A stretch of 64,000 nt of DNA from Escherichia phage SSBS18_WS_10_728. A program made the position numbers and the translations under genes. Below the pieces are notes generated by a model that did not search any database, was not told the DNA's origin, and was given only the letters and a program-made list of their open reading frames with translations. Location of the stretch: the sequence record MT322327.1; one strand, 5' to 3'. Positions 25,861 through 35,140 of the stretch are shown one piece after another (within the stretch, counting starts at the first letter, position 1; each line of letters starts with the position of its first letter).

Positions 25861-26325
25861 TTAACCGAGGACTTTAGCAAGGACATTTGCAGCCATCGAA
25901 GAAGCTTTTGCAGCAGCAGCTACCCCAGCTTTAATAGCGTTATCCTTGATAGCAGATACCGTTGCAGCATCAGTAAAGAGATAAGTAGTTGTTTTAGAAC
26001 CACTTGTAAAGGAAAGCATAAGAGCAGTTTCCAGATTGAAAGAGCGATACGGAGCACCTTCTTTAACGATACCTTCAGCACCTAACTCTGAAGCCATACC
26101 CATATCATAGATAGTCATCAGGTTTTCTTTGTGTGCAGTCGTTGAGCCAGCACCTTTGACGTGTTTCTTAACATTAAGAAGAGCACGGTATTCTCGGATG
26201 TTACCATCTGCTTTTACATTGACAGCACGGAAGATTTTACCCTCAAAGTTGCTTTTGATAATGTTACGAACTACTTCAGATTTGTTTGCCGTAACGTCCA
26301 GTGCTACCGTAATGATATTGTTCAT
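25861..26325 (-). CDS. hypothetical protein
   Basis: 154-aa ORF, Ala-rich C-terminus. Confidence 0.5.
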   Translation of the reverse strand: MNNIITVALDVTANKSEVVRNIIKSNFEGKIFRAVNVKADGNIREYRALLNVKKHVKGAGSTTAHKENLMTIYDMGMASELGAEGIVKEGAPYRSFNLETALMLSFTSGSKTTTYLFTDAATVSAIKDNAIKAGVAAAAKASSMAANVLAKVLG

Positions 26326-26335
26326 AAGTTTTCTC

Positions 26336-27031
26336 TCAATGTTTTACTAACATAGTTTTAATGTGCGGAAGGATTCTGTTTACCTTCTGAACATTCTTCT
26401 CTGTATCTTCTATAAAACATACTATATTAAAGTAAGGAAGAATGCAAGACTGAATCATCCTGACTTTCAAACTTTCTGCATTTATAGAGTTAGTTCCAAA
26501 ACCACGCATAAAAAGCATGTAATCGTGCTCTATGTTATGCCTTAAAAACATCTCAGTAGGTATTCTCTGAGATTCACCTCTCGCTGTCAAGAGTCCAATG
26601 GCAGCGTGATTAGCAATTGCATCAATAATACTAAAAACATACGTTGGTTTTGCTCTTACAGAGTCAAGAAGATTAGTGTACTGTGAGAATGACCCATCAG
26701 TCAATTCCGTTGAGCAATCTTCGTGATTAAAATTTGTAAGAACACCATCAATATCTGCTAAGATGAGGTTACCTTTTTCTACAAGGTCTTTATTGACTAT
26801 GACTAAACTGTCACGTCTTACACCTATAGATTGTCCAGTCTCTTTGTCCACAACGTTCACAATTGGTTCTGATGTGTGGAACTCTTCAAGTGAACATACA
26901 ACCTCTCTTGCAGTGTCTTCAAAATCCCTGCACTGTTCTGGAGTCCATATACAGGAATCAAGACCTAACTCATGAGGATGCAAGTCGTAAGCATGACACA
27001 GCACTTCATCAGACTTTCTTAATTTTTTCAT
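26336..27031 (-). CDS. HAD-like phosphatase / 5'-nucleotidase-like protein (tentative)
   Basis: DxDGV-type motif ILADIDGVLT; motif lies ~90 residues in, so assignment is weak. Confidence 0.4.
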   Translation of the reverse strand: MKKLRKSDEVLCHAYDLHPHELGLDSCIWTPEQCRDFEDTAREVVCSLEEFHTSEPIVNVVDKETGQSIGVRRDSLVIVNKDLVEKGNLILADIDGVLTNFNHEDCSTELTDGSFSQYTNLLDSVRAKPTYVFSIIDAIANHAAIGLLTARGESQRIPTEMFLRHNIEHDYMLFMRGFGTNSINAESLKVRMIQSCILPYFNIVCFIEDTEKNVQKVNRILPHIKTMLVKH

Positions 27032-27557
27032 GATTTACCTTAGAAATGTTTGTTGCAAATTCACATTGAGCGATGACTTTCATATTGTTATAGACATCTT
27101 GAGAGTATTTCTTAGCTTTAGGAATTTTGTACGAGTACCCAGCATTATATGATGCTAAAACTTTTTGTAAAGTCTTCTTTGACTTTGGTTGACCGTGTAC
27201 CTTAGTCCAAAATTCAAGCTCTTTGTGTGTTTCCTTTGCAGCATAGTCAAAATCTTTTAAGAGTTTCTTTTTAGCCACATTAGGACTAATTTTGTTACGC
27301 TTTACAACAGTCTTCAAGTGATTCTGGAAAATACCATAGTCATGGGTCTTTTTATTCTCTACCTTCAGACCTAACTCTGACTCTTGTAAGGCTATAGCTG
27401 CTAGAGTGATACCCCAGCCTTTGCCCATGTTGTTCTCACCATACTGGTAAGCCTTTAACATGTTAACTTTTTGGCTAATTGATAGCTCTGGGCAGTCAAC
27501 TGCATAAGCTAATTGTGCTGTAAACATTAAGCACAAACCTAGAATCAATTTCTTCAT
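27009..27557 (-). CDS. secreted lytic transglycosylase (SLT domain)
   Basis: Signal peptide MKKLILGLCLMFTAQLAYA; SLT motifs ALQESELG, GIFQ, SYNAGYS. Confidence 0.55.
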   Translation of the reverse strand: MKKLILGLCLMFTAQLAYAVDCPELSISQKVNMLKAYQYGENNMGKGWGITLAAIALQESELGLKVENKKTHDYGIFQNHLKTVVKRNKISPNVAKKKLLKDFDYAAKETHKELEFWTKVHGQPKSKKTLQKVLASYNAGYSYKIPKAKKYSQDVYNNMKVIAQCEFATNISKVNHEKIKKV

Positions 27558-27618
27558 TGGTTCTCCTGTTTAGTTTATCGTGACAACAATTATACAGCAC
27601 TCTGCACAAAATACAAAT

Positions 27619-27650
27619 AAAAAAGGCCGCCGAAGCAGCCTTTTAAGAAA
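27619..27650 (-). terminator. rho-independent terminator (possibly bidirectional)
   Basis: Hairpin GGCCGCCGAAGCAGCC flanked by A-run and T-run. Confidence 0.5.
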
Positions 27651-27657
27651 TTACTTA

Positions 27658-28767
27658 TTAGATTTCACGTTTACGTTGAGAGATGAGTTCACCAGCAGTA
27701 CCAACGATGACATGCAAAGCTTCAGTCTTACCATCCCATGCTTTCAGCACTTTACGTTGATTATCAACGATTGCTGCAACTTCATAACGAGAGGAACGCA
27801 TCTTCATATCGTTGTAATCAGTTGGAACAGATACAACATCTCGTGGATGGACACGAACCTTCAGGATGGTATCACCTGAGAAGCAACGAACATAATCCCA
27901 AGCACCAACATGAAGACCTTGAGAGCAAGTTACGTTACGGTTGTTATCAACCATCCAACGTGGCATCTCTACAATGTTACCCAAATCATTAGGTACTTTG
28001 TAGGTGTGAGAGTCAACCAGCTTGCCTTCACGAGTAGAGACTTTCTTCCAACCAATGATATAGCCTTCTTCATCAATTTCAACATCAAGGTGTGATACAA
28101 ATACCCAAAGTTGTTCTACAGAATCTTTAGATGGGTTTTCCATCAGTTTTTCGAAGAACATTACAAGTCGTTCAAAACCTTTATCACCAGTTTTCATCAT
28201 ATGAAGAATACGGTCAACCAGAGTAGAACGCATCTCAACAGCACCGTAGAAGAGCTTGTCACCTTTGATTGTGATAGCACCCTGAGTGAAGTTTTCGATA
28301 GACTTACGAATGTTCATCAGTTCAAATGCTTTCTTGAACTCACCTTTCACAACATGAACTACAATCTCTTGATAGTTCGGATGAGTAGACTCAACAATTT
28401 CAGATTCTGAACCGTAAGTCATAATTACAGAGTCACCAGTAATCATGTACTCAATCTTGTCATCTTTCTGCATAGCTTCATGCAGTTTATTTACTGGAGC
28501 TTTCTGTACAGCATCTTTAACGGCCTTTTCAACTGGTTTGCCAGCTTTCTTTTTAACTGACTTAGCAACTTGCTTTAAGGTCTTCTTAGCTGGTGTAGAA
28601 GTCACCTTCTTCTTACCTTTTAAGGTTGCTTCATGACGCTCTACAGCACGACCAACTGAACGGGTTGAAGTATTGAACTTCTGTGCAATAGCTGTTTTAG
28701 TCAGCTTACCTTCTTTAACCAGTTCGTAAATTTCTGCGTCAATCTGTGCTTTAGTTTTAGTAGTCAT
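27658..28767 (-). CDS. hypothetical protein with N-terminal HTH and Lys-rich linker
   Basis: 369 aa; HTH-like segment TKTAIAQKFNTSTRSVGRAVER. Confidence 0.5.
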   Translation of the reverse strand: MTTKTKAQIDAEIYELVKEGKLTKTAIAQKFNTSTRSVGRAVERHEATLKGKKKVTSTPAKKTLKQVAKSVKKKAGKPVEKAVKDAVQKAPVNKLHEAMQKDDKIEYMITGDSVIMTYGSESEIVESTHPNYQEIVVHVVKGEFKKAFELMNIRKSIENFTQGAITIKGDKLFYGAVEMRSTLVDRILHMMKTGDKGFERLVMFFEKLMENPSKDSVEQLWVFVSHLDVEIDEEGYIIGWKKVSTREGKLVDSHTYKVPNDLGNIVEMPRWMVDNNRNVTCSQGLHVGAWDYVRCFSGDTILKVRVHPRDVVSVPTDYNDMKMRSSRYEVAAIVDNQRKVLKAWDGKTEALHVIVGTAGELISQRKREI

Positions 28768-28813
28768 CTTATTACTCTCTCTTGTTAGTTAATAAATCAT
28801 TTTGTAAGGCTAT

Positions 28814-28842
28814 TCTAAGGGGCTTTGAAGCCCCTTGTCAAA
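28814..28842 (-). promoter_or_regulatory. sigma70-like promoter with palindromic 17-bp spacer
   Basis: Minus strand: -35 TTGACA, spacer AGGGGCTTCAAAGCCCC, -10 TAGAAT; upstream of 27658..28767. Confidence 0.55.
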
Positions 28843-28846
28843 CACT

Positions 28847-31213
28847 TTAATCGTAAATTGTAGTCCCTTCTGGAACACACTTCACATCAAAGCCTAAGAA
28901 CTTACTCACTTCGATGGGTGACACTTTATTCCAATCTAAATGAGAAAGCAAGAAGTTTTCTTGTTTTCTTTTTGAAAGGTAGTTTGTCACCTTAATGACC
29001 ATACGGTCACCAGCTTTCTTAATTTTCTTGTACAGCTTTGTATCGTTGTCAAGGCAGTCTTTCAAAGTTTGCAATCTACTAATAGTGTAAGTGTATGCAA
29101 ACGGTGCAGCAACGTATTGGATTTTACCAAACATTGCCTCAACAGCGTCTTCATTGCCTTCTAAGAAGATAGTTTTGTTTGTGTCTCGTGAATAGCAATA
29201 GCCACGAGAAATCTTCCTGTTATTGAACGTAAAGTTTCTGGCAATAATCCAACTGCTTGTAAGGTCAAGGACACCATTCATATAGATACGTGTCATATAT
29301 CTGTTATGGTTAATCCAGTGAACATCAGTTAAGCTGTCGTTCAAGAGCTTCTCATCTACTTCAATCCAGTCTTCTGGTATCTTTTTCCAATTTGCTTTTC
29401 GGAAAACATAGACTGTCTTTCCAATGACATTGGCAACTGACTTAGCTACATCATCTGGAGATGAGCAAAAACATTCACCATCAACAGTATCACCTACTGC
29501 CTTGATATAAAGTTGAGGCTCTTCAATTGTGTCTAAGTCTTCTGACACCTCTGTGTATGAGGCTACACCTTCTGCTGGAACAGCTTTCCAGAGTTTTACA
29601 ACACCTCTTACAGCTTCTTTACGCTGATAATGGTGTTCCTTATCAGACATCTTCACAATCTTTAACAAGCTTTTATCAAGTTTGTGCAGATTGATTAAGT
29701 CGTCTAACTCTTTCTCAGTAGAGAATACAAAGACAATACCGTTGTATCTGTGAAACAGATTTGACTCACTGGCATAGTCTCGACATGCACCACGCAAGAT
29801 TTGATTGCGTCCTACAGTCTTCTCAGTACCATTTTTATTGCGACGGTCATTGATAACAAACAAAAACTGTTCAATTTGGCTTTTACGCATTGCGCCAAAG
29901 ATATTGAACATACTTGCCTCTTGAGTGTAGGAAAGTGATGTTGCACGAATCTTACTCTCTAAAGAGTTGAACTTGACATAAGCAACTGGGTCATAAAGAT
30001 AATCTACTTTAGGGATATTGTTCCCGTTCCTATCAACCTTAATATTACCTTTACCGTCACGTTCATAAATGACTGAGCCGTCTTCTGCGTAGATAATTCC
30101 ACGACGAATGTTTAGTAATTCTTCTTCCAGAGAATCAAGCTTAACACCACCCCACTCTAGCTTTGGACACACAGCATTAAACATCTCTCGTGAGTTCAAA
30201 CGTAACTCAGCATAAGCCTGTGCAGCATCCATGAGTGTAGGTTGGTTATTAACTTTCTTGATAACATCCTTTGTAATTGCTTCGGTTATCTTTTTAGTAG
30301 CCTCAATGATAACATTTTTTGTCGTGTCATTCATCTGCAATGCTTCACGAGAAGCTGCAATAGCAACTGAACCAATAGGCATGTAGATGTTTACAAGGTC
30401 TACGCTCCTACGGAAAAATTCTGGCAAGACTTTGAAGAAATCATCACCAAGTAATGCTTCCATATTAACAGGGTATGCAATGTTACCCATCACCACATTA
30501 AACTCTGTCCTATTAGCACCAGAACGCCAGCTTTGCTTATGAATCATAGCATCGTAAACACCTTCTTCACGGGCAATGACGTTCATATCTGCTAGTACAT
30601 CGTCATACTCGATATTACTTTCCGGTTTTACAGCAAAGTATGAGTATACGTGACCAGCTTCTTCAAAGAACTTTGAAATACGGTGGTCAGCAACTGCTAC
30701 ACGTACAGCTAAGCCATTTGGCTCTTTTGTTGGGTTAGTAGTAAGTTTAGTCACTTGAGGGATACCATTCTCAAGATAAACAGAGTACTTATTAACAACA
30801 CCTCCAACATAGCTAGACACTGTGAATGACTGCGCAATTGCAAATGGGGATTTTGAGCCGATACCCATTGCACCAATGTAGTCATTAGAGTCATTCTTCG
30901 TAGAAGCCCCGTAGTTTAGGTACAAACTCATAACTTTATCATGAGTCAATCCAGTTCCAAAATCACGAACTTCAAAGTAAGGCTCAAAACGAGTAGGTAA
31001 ATGCACATGGAACGGGATGTTCTCTTTTCCAGCCTCTTTCTGAGCATCTACTGCGTTACATGACAGTTCACGAATCACTGCCCTTTCTTTAAAGGTATAT
31101 ACACCAGAACTTAAAAGGCTGAACATTTCAGGTGTCATTGTAATCTGTGCTTGAGACGTCTCTAAAGAAGTTGAACTCTTAATCACTTCTGCGTGGTCGT
31201 TTACCATGCGCAT
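28847..31213 (-). CDS. GHKL-family (Hsp90/HtpG-like) ATPase domain protein
   Basis: 788 aa; N-box RELSCNAVDA, G1 box VRDFGTGLT, G2 box GAMGIGSKS. Confidence 0.55.
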   Translation of the reverse strand: MRMVNDHAEVIKSSTSLETSQAQITMTPEMFSLLSSGVYTFKERAVIRELSCNAVDAQKEAGKENIPFHVHLPTRFEPYFEVRDFGTGLTHDKVMSLYLNYGASTKNDSNDYIGAMGIGSKSPFAIAQSFTVSSYVGGVVNKYSVYLENGIPQVTKLTTNPTKEPNGLAVRVAVADHRISKFFEEAGHVYSYFAVKPESNIEYDDVLADMNVIAREEGVYDAMIHKQSWRSGANRTEFNVVMGNIAYPVNMEALLGDDFFKVLPEFFRRSVDLVNIYMPIGSVAIAASREALQMNDTTKNVIIEATKKITEAITKDVIKKVNNQPTLMDAAQAYAELRLNSREMFNAVCPKLEWGGVKLDSLEEELLNIRRGIIYAEDGSVIYERDGKGNIKVDRNGNNIPKVDYLYDPVAYVKFNSLESKIRATSLSYTQEASMFNIFGAMRKSQIEQFLFVINDRRNKNGTEKTVGRNQILRGACRDYASESNLFHRYNGIVFVFSTEKELDDLINLHKLDKSLLKIVKMSDKEHHYQRKEAVRGVVKLWKAVPAEGVASYTEVSEDLDTIEEPQLYIKAVGDTVDGECFCSSPDDVAKSVANVIGKTVYVFRKANWKKIPEDWIEVDEKLLNDSLTDVHWINHNRYMTRIYMNGVLDLTSSWIIARNFTFNNRKISRGYCYSRDTNKTIFLEGNEDAVEAMFGKIQYVAAPFAYTYTISRLQTLKDCLDNDTKLYKKIKKAGDRMVIKVTNYLSKRKQENFLLSHLDWNKVSPIEVSKFLGFDVKCVPEGTTIYD

Positions 31214-31399
31214 AATACTTTCCTCTTAGTTTACTGTTAAGTCACTTATTAAACATTTTACCAGAACCGCCACACATAGGGCAACAACCTGCTCTTGTAT
31301 AACCTTCTCCATTACAGTAGTCACATTTTTTGTGCTCTGCATAGTACTTGCAAAGAAGGTAAACAAACACTGCTACACTACCAAGTGACAGTAAAATTT

Positions 31400-31747
31400 C
31401 TATCCAATACGCTTGCATGACTCACCTCTCATATTCTTGTAAAGGATAAAACTTCTGTCATGAACAATACTTGTAGACACTGCAAAATTACTTTCAAGCA
31501 TCTGTTTGTTTGGATTGTAGAAGCTTTCTTTAAACTCGTCAAGTGCAAATTGGTGATTGTCTGGAAGACCTTTTACACAGACCTTTATTGTAATTGCTGC
31601 TGCAACCTTGCCAGTCAGTTCTTCTTTGGCTGCTACTAAGATTTTGTTAAGGAACTTATGACCATTTTCAGGCTTCTTGATGTTCTCCCAACGCTCTTCT
31701 AAGACAATATTGATGTTCATTTCTTTGATTTTCATAATTTTTACCAA
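31400..31747 (-). CDS. hypothetical protein
   Basis: 115-aa ORF. Confidence 0.45.
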   Translation of the reverse strand: MVKIMKIKEMNINIVLEERWENIKKPENGHKFLNKILVAAKEELTGKVAAAITIKVCVKGLPDNHQFALDEFKESFYNPNKQMLESNFAVSTSIVHDRSFILYKNMRGESCKRIG

Positions 31748-32085
31748 GTCCAGTTAACGAGGATGCCATCGAAACCTTTTGCTAAAGGTACACCCTCGTG
31801 TTCATAAAACTCAGGATTAACTTCGAATCCACGATTTTCAATATACTCTATCATGTATTTCATTACAAAGCTAATCTCTTCGTAGTCATCTGGGTCTCTG
31901 CCAAAGAACTGTTCTATGACAAACATACCTTCTTTTGTAGCAAATTGGCAGTGATGATTGTAGACACCTTCACAAAACTTTTCAAACTTTTCTTTACCGA
32001 GAACTTCAAGGATGTCTGTATAGGCAACTTGTAAGTATTTCGGTTGTACAGGTTTCTTGTTAAACCATATGGAAAGGTTGTCCAT
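31741..32085 (-). CDS. hypothetical protein
   Basis: 114-aa ORF. Confidence 0.45.
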   Translation of the reverse strand: MDNLSIWFNKKPVQPKYLQVAYTDILEVLGKEKFEKFCEGVYNHHCQFATKEGMFVIEQFFGRDPDDYEEISFVMKYMIEYIENRGFEVNPEFYEHEGVPLAKGFDGILVNWTW

Positions 32086-32101
32086 AGCATTCTCCAGAAA
32101 T

Positions 32102-32124
32102 TAAAAAGGCTCCCGTAGGAGCCT
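32102..32124 (-). terminator. rho-independent terminator
   Basis: Minus strand: GGCTCC-TACG-GGAGCC then TTTTTAATTT. Confidence 0.55.
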
Positions 32125-32138
32125 CTTATCATATACTT

Positions 32139-33920
32139 TTAAAGCTGCTTGTCAATATTATTTCGAATATCACCAAGAGTTGTGTAGCCGAACTGCTCAG
32201 AGTCGCTAAAGACCAAGCGTAAAGCACAAGCTGGGTGTTCAAGTGCATCTGCAAAGCTTTGGAACCCATAGCCATCTACAGCTTTCAGATTTTCACCATC
32301 CCACATAGGTGCTACACCACCAAAAGCAGACTTCTTAACACCGCTGTCTGTTTTAGGGTCTTTTGCAAGCATAATCTCTTTACCACCAATGCTTGCCAGA
32401 GTTGCTTTAACAGCAAATGCAAAGGTGTCACGAGTCATGTACTGGTAAGTGTAAGAACCTACACCAAACACTACGTTAGAGCTTGCAAAACCCATTTCAT
32501 ACAAACGTTTCAGGATTTCGTTTGCACGTTCCAACGTGATAGAGTCACCATAAATAAGCCCGATATGCTCATCCAGTACTTTAAAGCCTTTAGAGTTGAT
32601 AGTTCCTCCAAAGATATTATACAGTGTCTTGATAGCTCCATCAATCTCCGCTACAGGACGTGTGACAACGTTTGCAGAACCAACCATATAAGCGTTTTTC
32701 AACAGCACTGTATCAGCAACTTCAAAGTCTTCTCTGTCAACAACCATTTCGTAGCCTTCTGACAGTAGCCACCCAGCAATACCATAGTTGATGTTTTCAA
32801 GCTTCATGTTCAGAACAGCATTCAACATTGTGTCGCTGGCTTCCAGCTTGCTTAGGTGTTCGTAATAAGCCTTTTTAGCACACTCTAAGTGGATTGCTTT
32901 ATAGCCTGTGACAATATGTACAGGGTCTCCAGAGTCAGGACGAATTACCAGTTTGCCATCACGTTCCATAATCTCTTTACGGAGTTCTGGGAGTATCACT
33001 GATACAGTTCTCCAGAAGTTATAAGTATCTGAAACAACACTTGCAATACCAGTTGGGTAAGTTTCTGTTAAGAAACGACGGAAGGTTTGTAACTCACCTT
33101 TAAAGCGTCTTTCTTCTTCAATCAACTCATTCCCACCTTCCCAAGCAATGTTTGCACACATGACAGAGTGCTCGGTGGCTGGTACAGAACTACCAATATC
33201 AGAGATTGGGTAGGACTGCCCATAGATGCGTTTAGCTGTATACACAGCAGGGAAGCTATCAGTCCCTTTAAAGCTGGTTAAGTGACCTACAGCGTTAAAT
33301 GCGTCATCAGTAAAGCCGGACATACCACGCATAGCAAAATCATGGCACTGATAAGGTAAATGTAAGTCATTGTCACAAGTAAGGTCAGACCACTTCTTAC
33401 AGATACGTTTGTAGTGCAATGCAATAGTTGCAATGGTACAAGCCTTCCAAATCTCAGCAGAGAAAGCATCTTCCAGATACCCCGCTACCCAATGGAAACC
33501 TGAAACAGTGTTCTGGAAGACAACCATTGGTACACGCATAGGAACAACTGTGCCTTCTTCTACAGCGTATACTTCAACTGGTAGATAACCTAAGTCGTGA
33601 AGTGCTTCCCAATGTTCTCGACCAATAGCATCTTTACCCAGAACACCGTTCATGACTTCTAAGATTTCGTCAATTGCTTCTTTTTTGTCACGTTCAAAGA
33701 AGGTGGCGTTCCAGTGGTCTATCAAGTAATCTTTAACAAAACGTTGAATACCAAAAGCTACTACACCATCAATTGCTAAAGGGCTGTTAAACCATTTATC
33801 ACTACGTGGTGTCAGGTTAAACATCAAGTACTCTGTCGCACTAGGATACTGATAAATATGGCCAGACTTGTAAGCATCCGCGTTTAAACCTGCTGGTACT
33901 GCATAAAGTGATTTAGTCAT
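32139..33920 (-). CDS. nicotinamide phosphoribosyltransferase-like (NAMPT/NadV family; possibly Namat)
   Basis: Motifs VPATEHSVM, VVSDTYN, IRPDSGDP; start set to ATG 33920 with GAGAGA RBS. Confidence 0.75.
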   Translation of the reverse strand: MTKSLYAVPAGLNADAYKSGHIYQYPSATEYLMFNLTPRSDKWFNSPLAIDGVVAFGIQRFVKDYLIDHWNATFFERDKKEAIDEILEVMNGVLGKDAIGREHWEALHDLGYLPVEVYAVEEGTVVPMRVPMVVFQNTVSGFHWVAGYLEDAFSAEIWKACTIATIALHYKRICKKWSDLTCDNDLHLPYQCHDFAMRGMSGFTDDAFNAVGHLTSFKGTDSFPAVYTAKRIYGQSYPISDIGSSVPATEHSVMCANIAWEGGNELIEEERRFKGELQTFRRFLTETYPTGIASVVSDTYNFWRTVSVILPELRKEIMERDGKLVIRPDSGDPVHIVTGYKAIHLECAKKAYYEHLSKLEASDTMLNAVLNMKLENINYGIAGWLLSEGYEMVVDREDFEVADTVLLKNAYMVGSANVVTRPVAEIDGAIKTLYNIFGGTINSKGFKVLDEHIGLIYGDSITLERANEILKRLYEMGFASSNVVFGVGSYTYQYMTRDTFAFAVKATLASIGGKEIMLAKDPKTDSGVKKSAFGGVAPMWDGENLKAVDGYGFQSFADALEHPACALRLVFSDSEQFGYTTLGDIRNNIDKQL

Positions 33921-33966
33921 CTTTTTAATCTCTCTCAAAATGGGGCTTGTAAGCCCCTATAAAGTT

Positions 33967-34848
33967 TCAATCAATGGTTACTACAGTAACTTGTGCATAA
34001 TGTGTTAAGCCACGGTCTTTAGCTTCCCCTAAAGAGTTTGTAGTGTAGATATGGTCAATACCATTGTCAAGTAAGTTTTCAACCCCTTTAGAGAAAATGC
34101 CATGAGTTACATAGAGTTCCACACGTTTTGCACCTGCTTCACGAAGATGTTTAGCTGCCTCTATGAAGGTTCGACCACCATCACAAATATCATCCAGAAT
34201 CATGACGGTTTTATCTGTCAAATCAACATCATCAAGGATTCGCATACCAGTAATTTCACCAGTCTTAAGGTTGCGTACTTTAGACATTGTGATATATGGT
34301 TTATCCACCTCTTTAGCAGTCTCTTCAGTCTTCTTAGCTGCACCTGCATCTGGGGCTACCAAGAAATCAATGCGTGGGTCACTTGCAAAGTGTGCTGCTA
34401 CATCTTTTTGCTTCATGCTCTGAAAGCACTTAAATAAGTTTTCTGCAACATTACTGTGAGGGTCAAGAGCACATACTGCATCAAAACCCATTGCATTAAC
34501 GAGGTTGGAAAAAGCTTTCAGTGCTGCTGAATCACCTTTGAACATATGGCGGTCATATCGAGCATTCGGTAAGAACCCGAAAACAACGGTTTTCATCGCT
34601 GATTTGTATGGAACAAGGCTGTCAACGGCATCCTTAGCCAAAGCTAATGCAAACAGTGTATCTTTATCATATCCCTGCACAGTCAATATAACATTGTCAA
34701 TCTTACCAGCATTACGCTCAGTAAACTTAACAAAATCTTCAGAGAAGTTTCCACCAATTTCTCCAGATGGGAATTGGATGATATTAAATTTTTCTGTGTG
34801 GAAGAATTTCTCTTGTGCGGTGACAACGGCTTCAATAATAGTTTTCAT
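33967..34848 (-). CDS. ribose-phosphate pyrophosphokinase-like (Prs family; possibly ADPR pyrophosphokinase)
   Basis: PRPP-binding loop VMILDDICDGGRT and Prs-like N-terminal half; start set to ATG 34848. Confidence 0.7.
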   Translation of the reverse strand: MKTIIEAVVTAQEKFFHTEKFNIIQFPSGEIGGNFSEDFVKFTERNAGKIDNVILTVQGYDKDTLFALALAKDAVDSLVPYKSAMKTVVFGFLPNARYDRHMFKGDSAALKAFSNLVNAMGFDAVCALDPHSNVAENLFKCFQSMKQKDVAAHFASDPRIDFLVAPDAGAAKKTEETAKEVDKPYITMSKVRNLKTGEITGMRILDDVDLTDKTVMILDDICDGGRTFIEAAKHLREAGAKRVELYVTHGIFSKGVENLLDNGIDHIYTTNSLGEAKDRGLTHYAQVTVVTID

Positions 34849-34861
34849 AGCTCTCTCTCTC

Positions 34862-35140
34862 TTAATCAAAAGTTACGTTTGTTACTGCCATTGCAGATTT
34901 GCATTTTGCAGGGTCTACAACGTGATAAAGTACACTACAGTTGCCTGTGCTGTCTGGTACAGGTTTAACCCATTGTTGCTTGACAGTTGGTTCTCCTAAG
35001 TCTTTGTAAGAGCCATCTGTAAAATTGTTTACCATCTCAAGTGCAATTGGTTCTGGAACATGACCACGAATCATATACATCTCACAACCATTTCCAGCAT
35101 CACTTATTAGGTCTTTTATTTCCCAATCTGCTTTAGCCAT
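34862..35140 (-). CDS. hypothetical protein
   Basis: ORF 34862..35167; start probably ATG 35140. Confidence 0.4.
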   Translation of the reverse strand: MAKADWEIKDLISDAGNGCEMYMIRGHVPEPIALEMVNNFTDGSYKDLGEPTVKQQWVKPVPDSTGNCSVLYHVVDPAKCKSAMAVTNVTFD

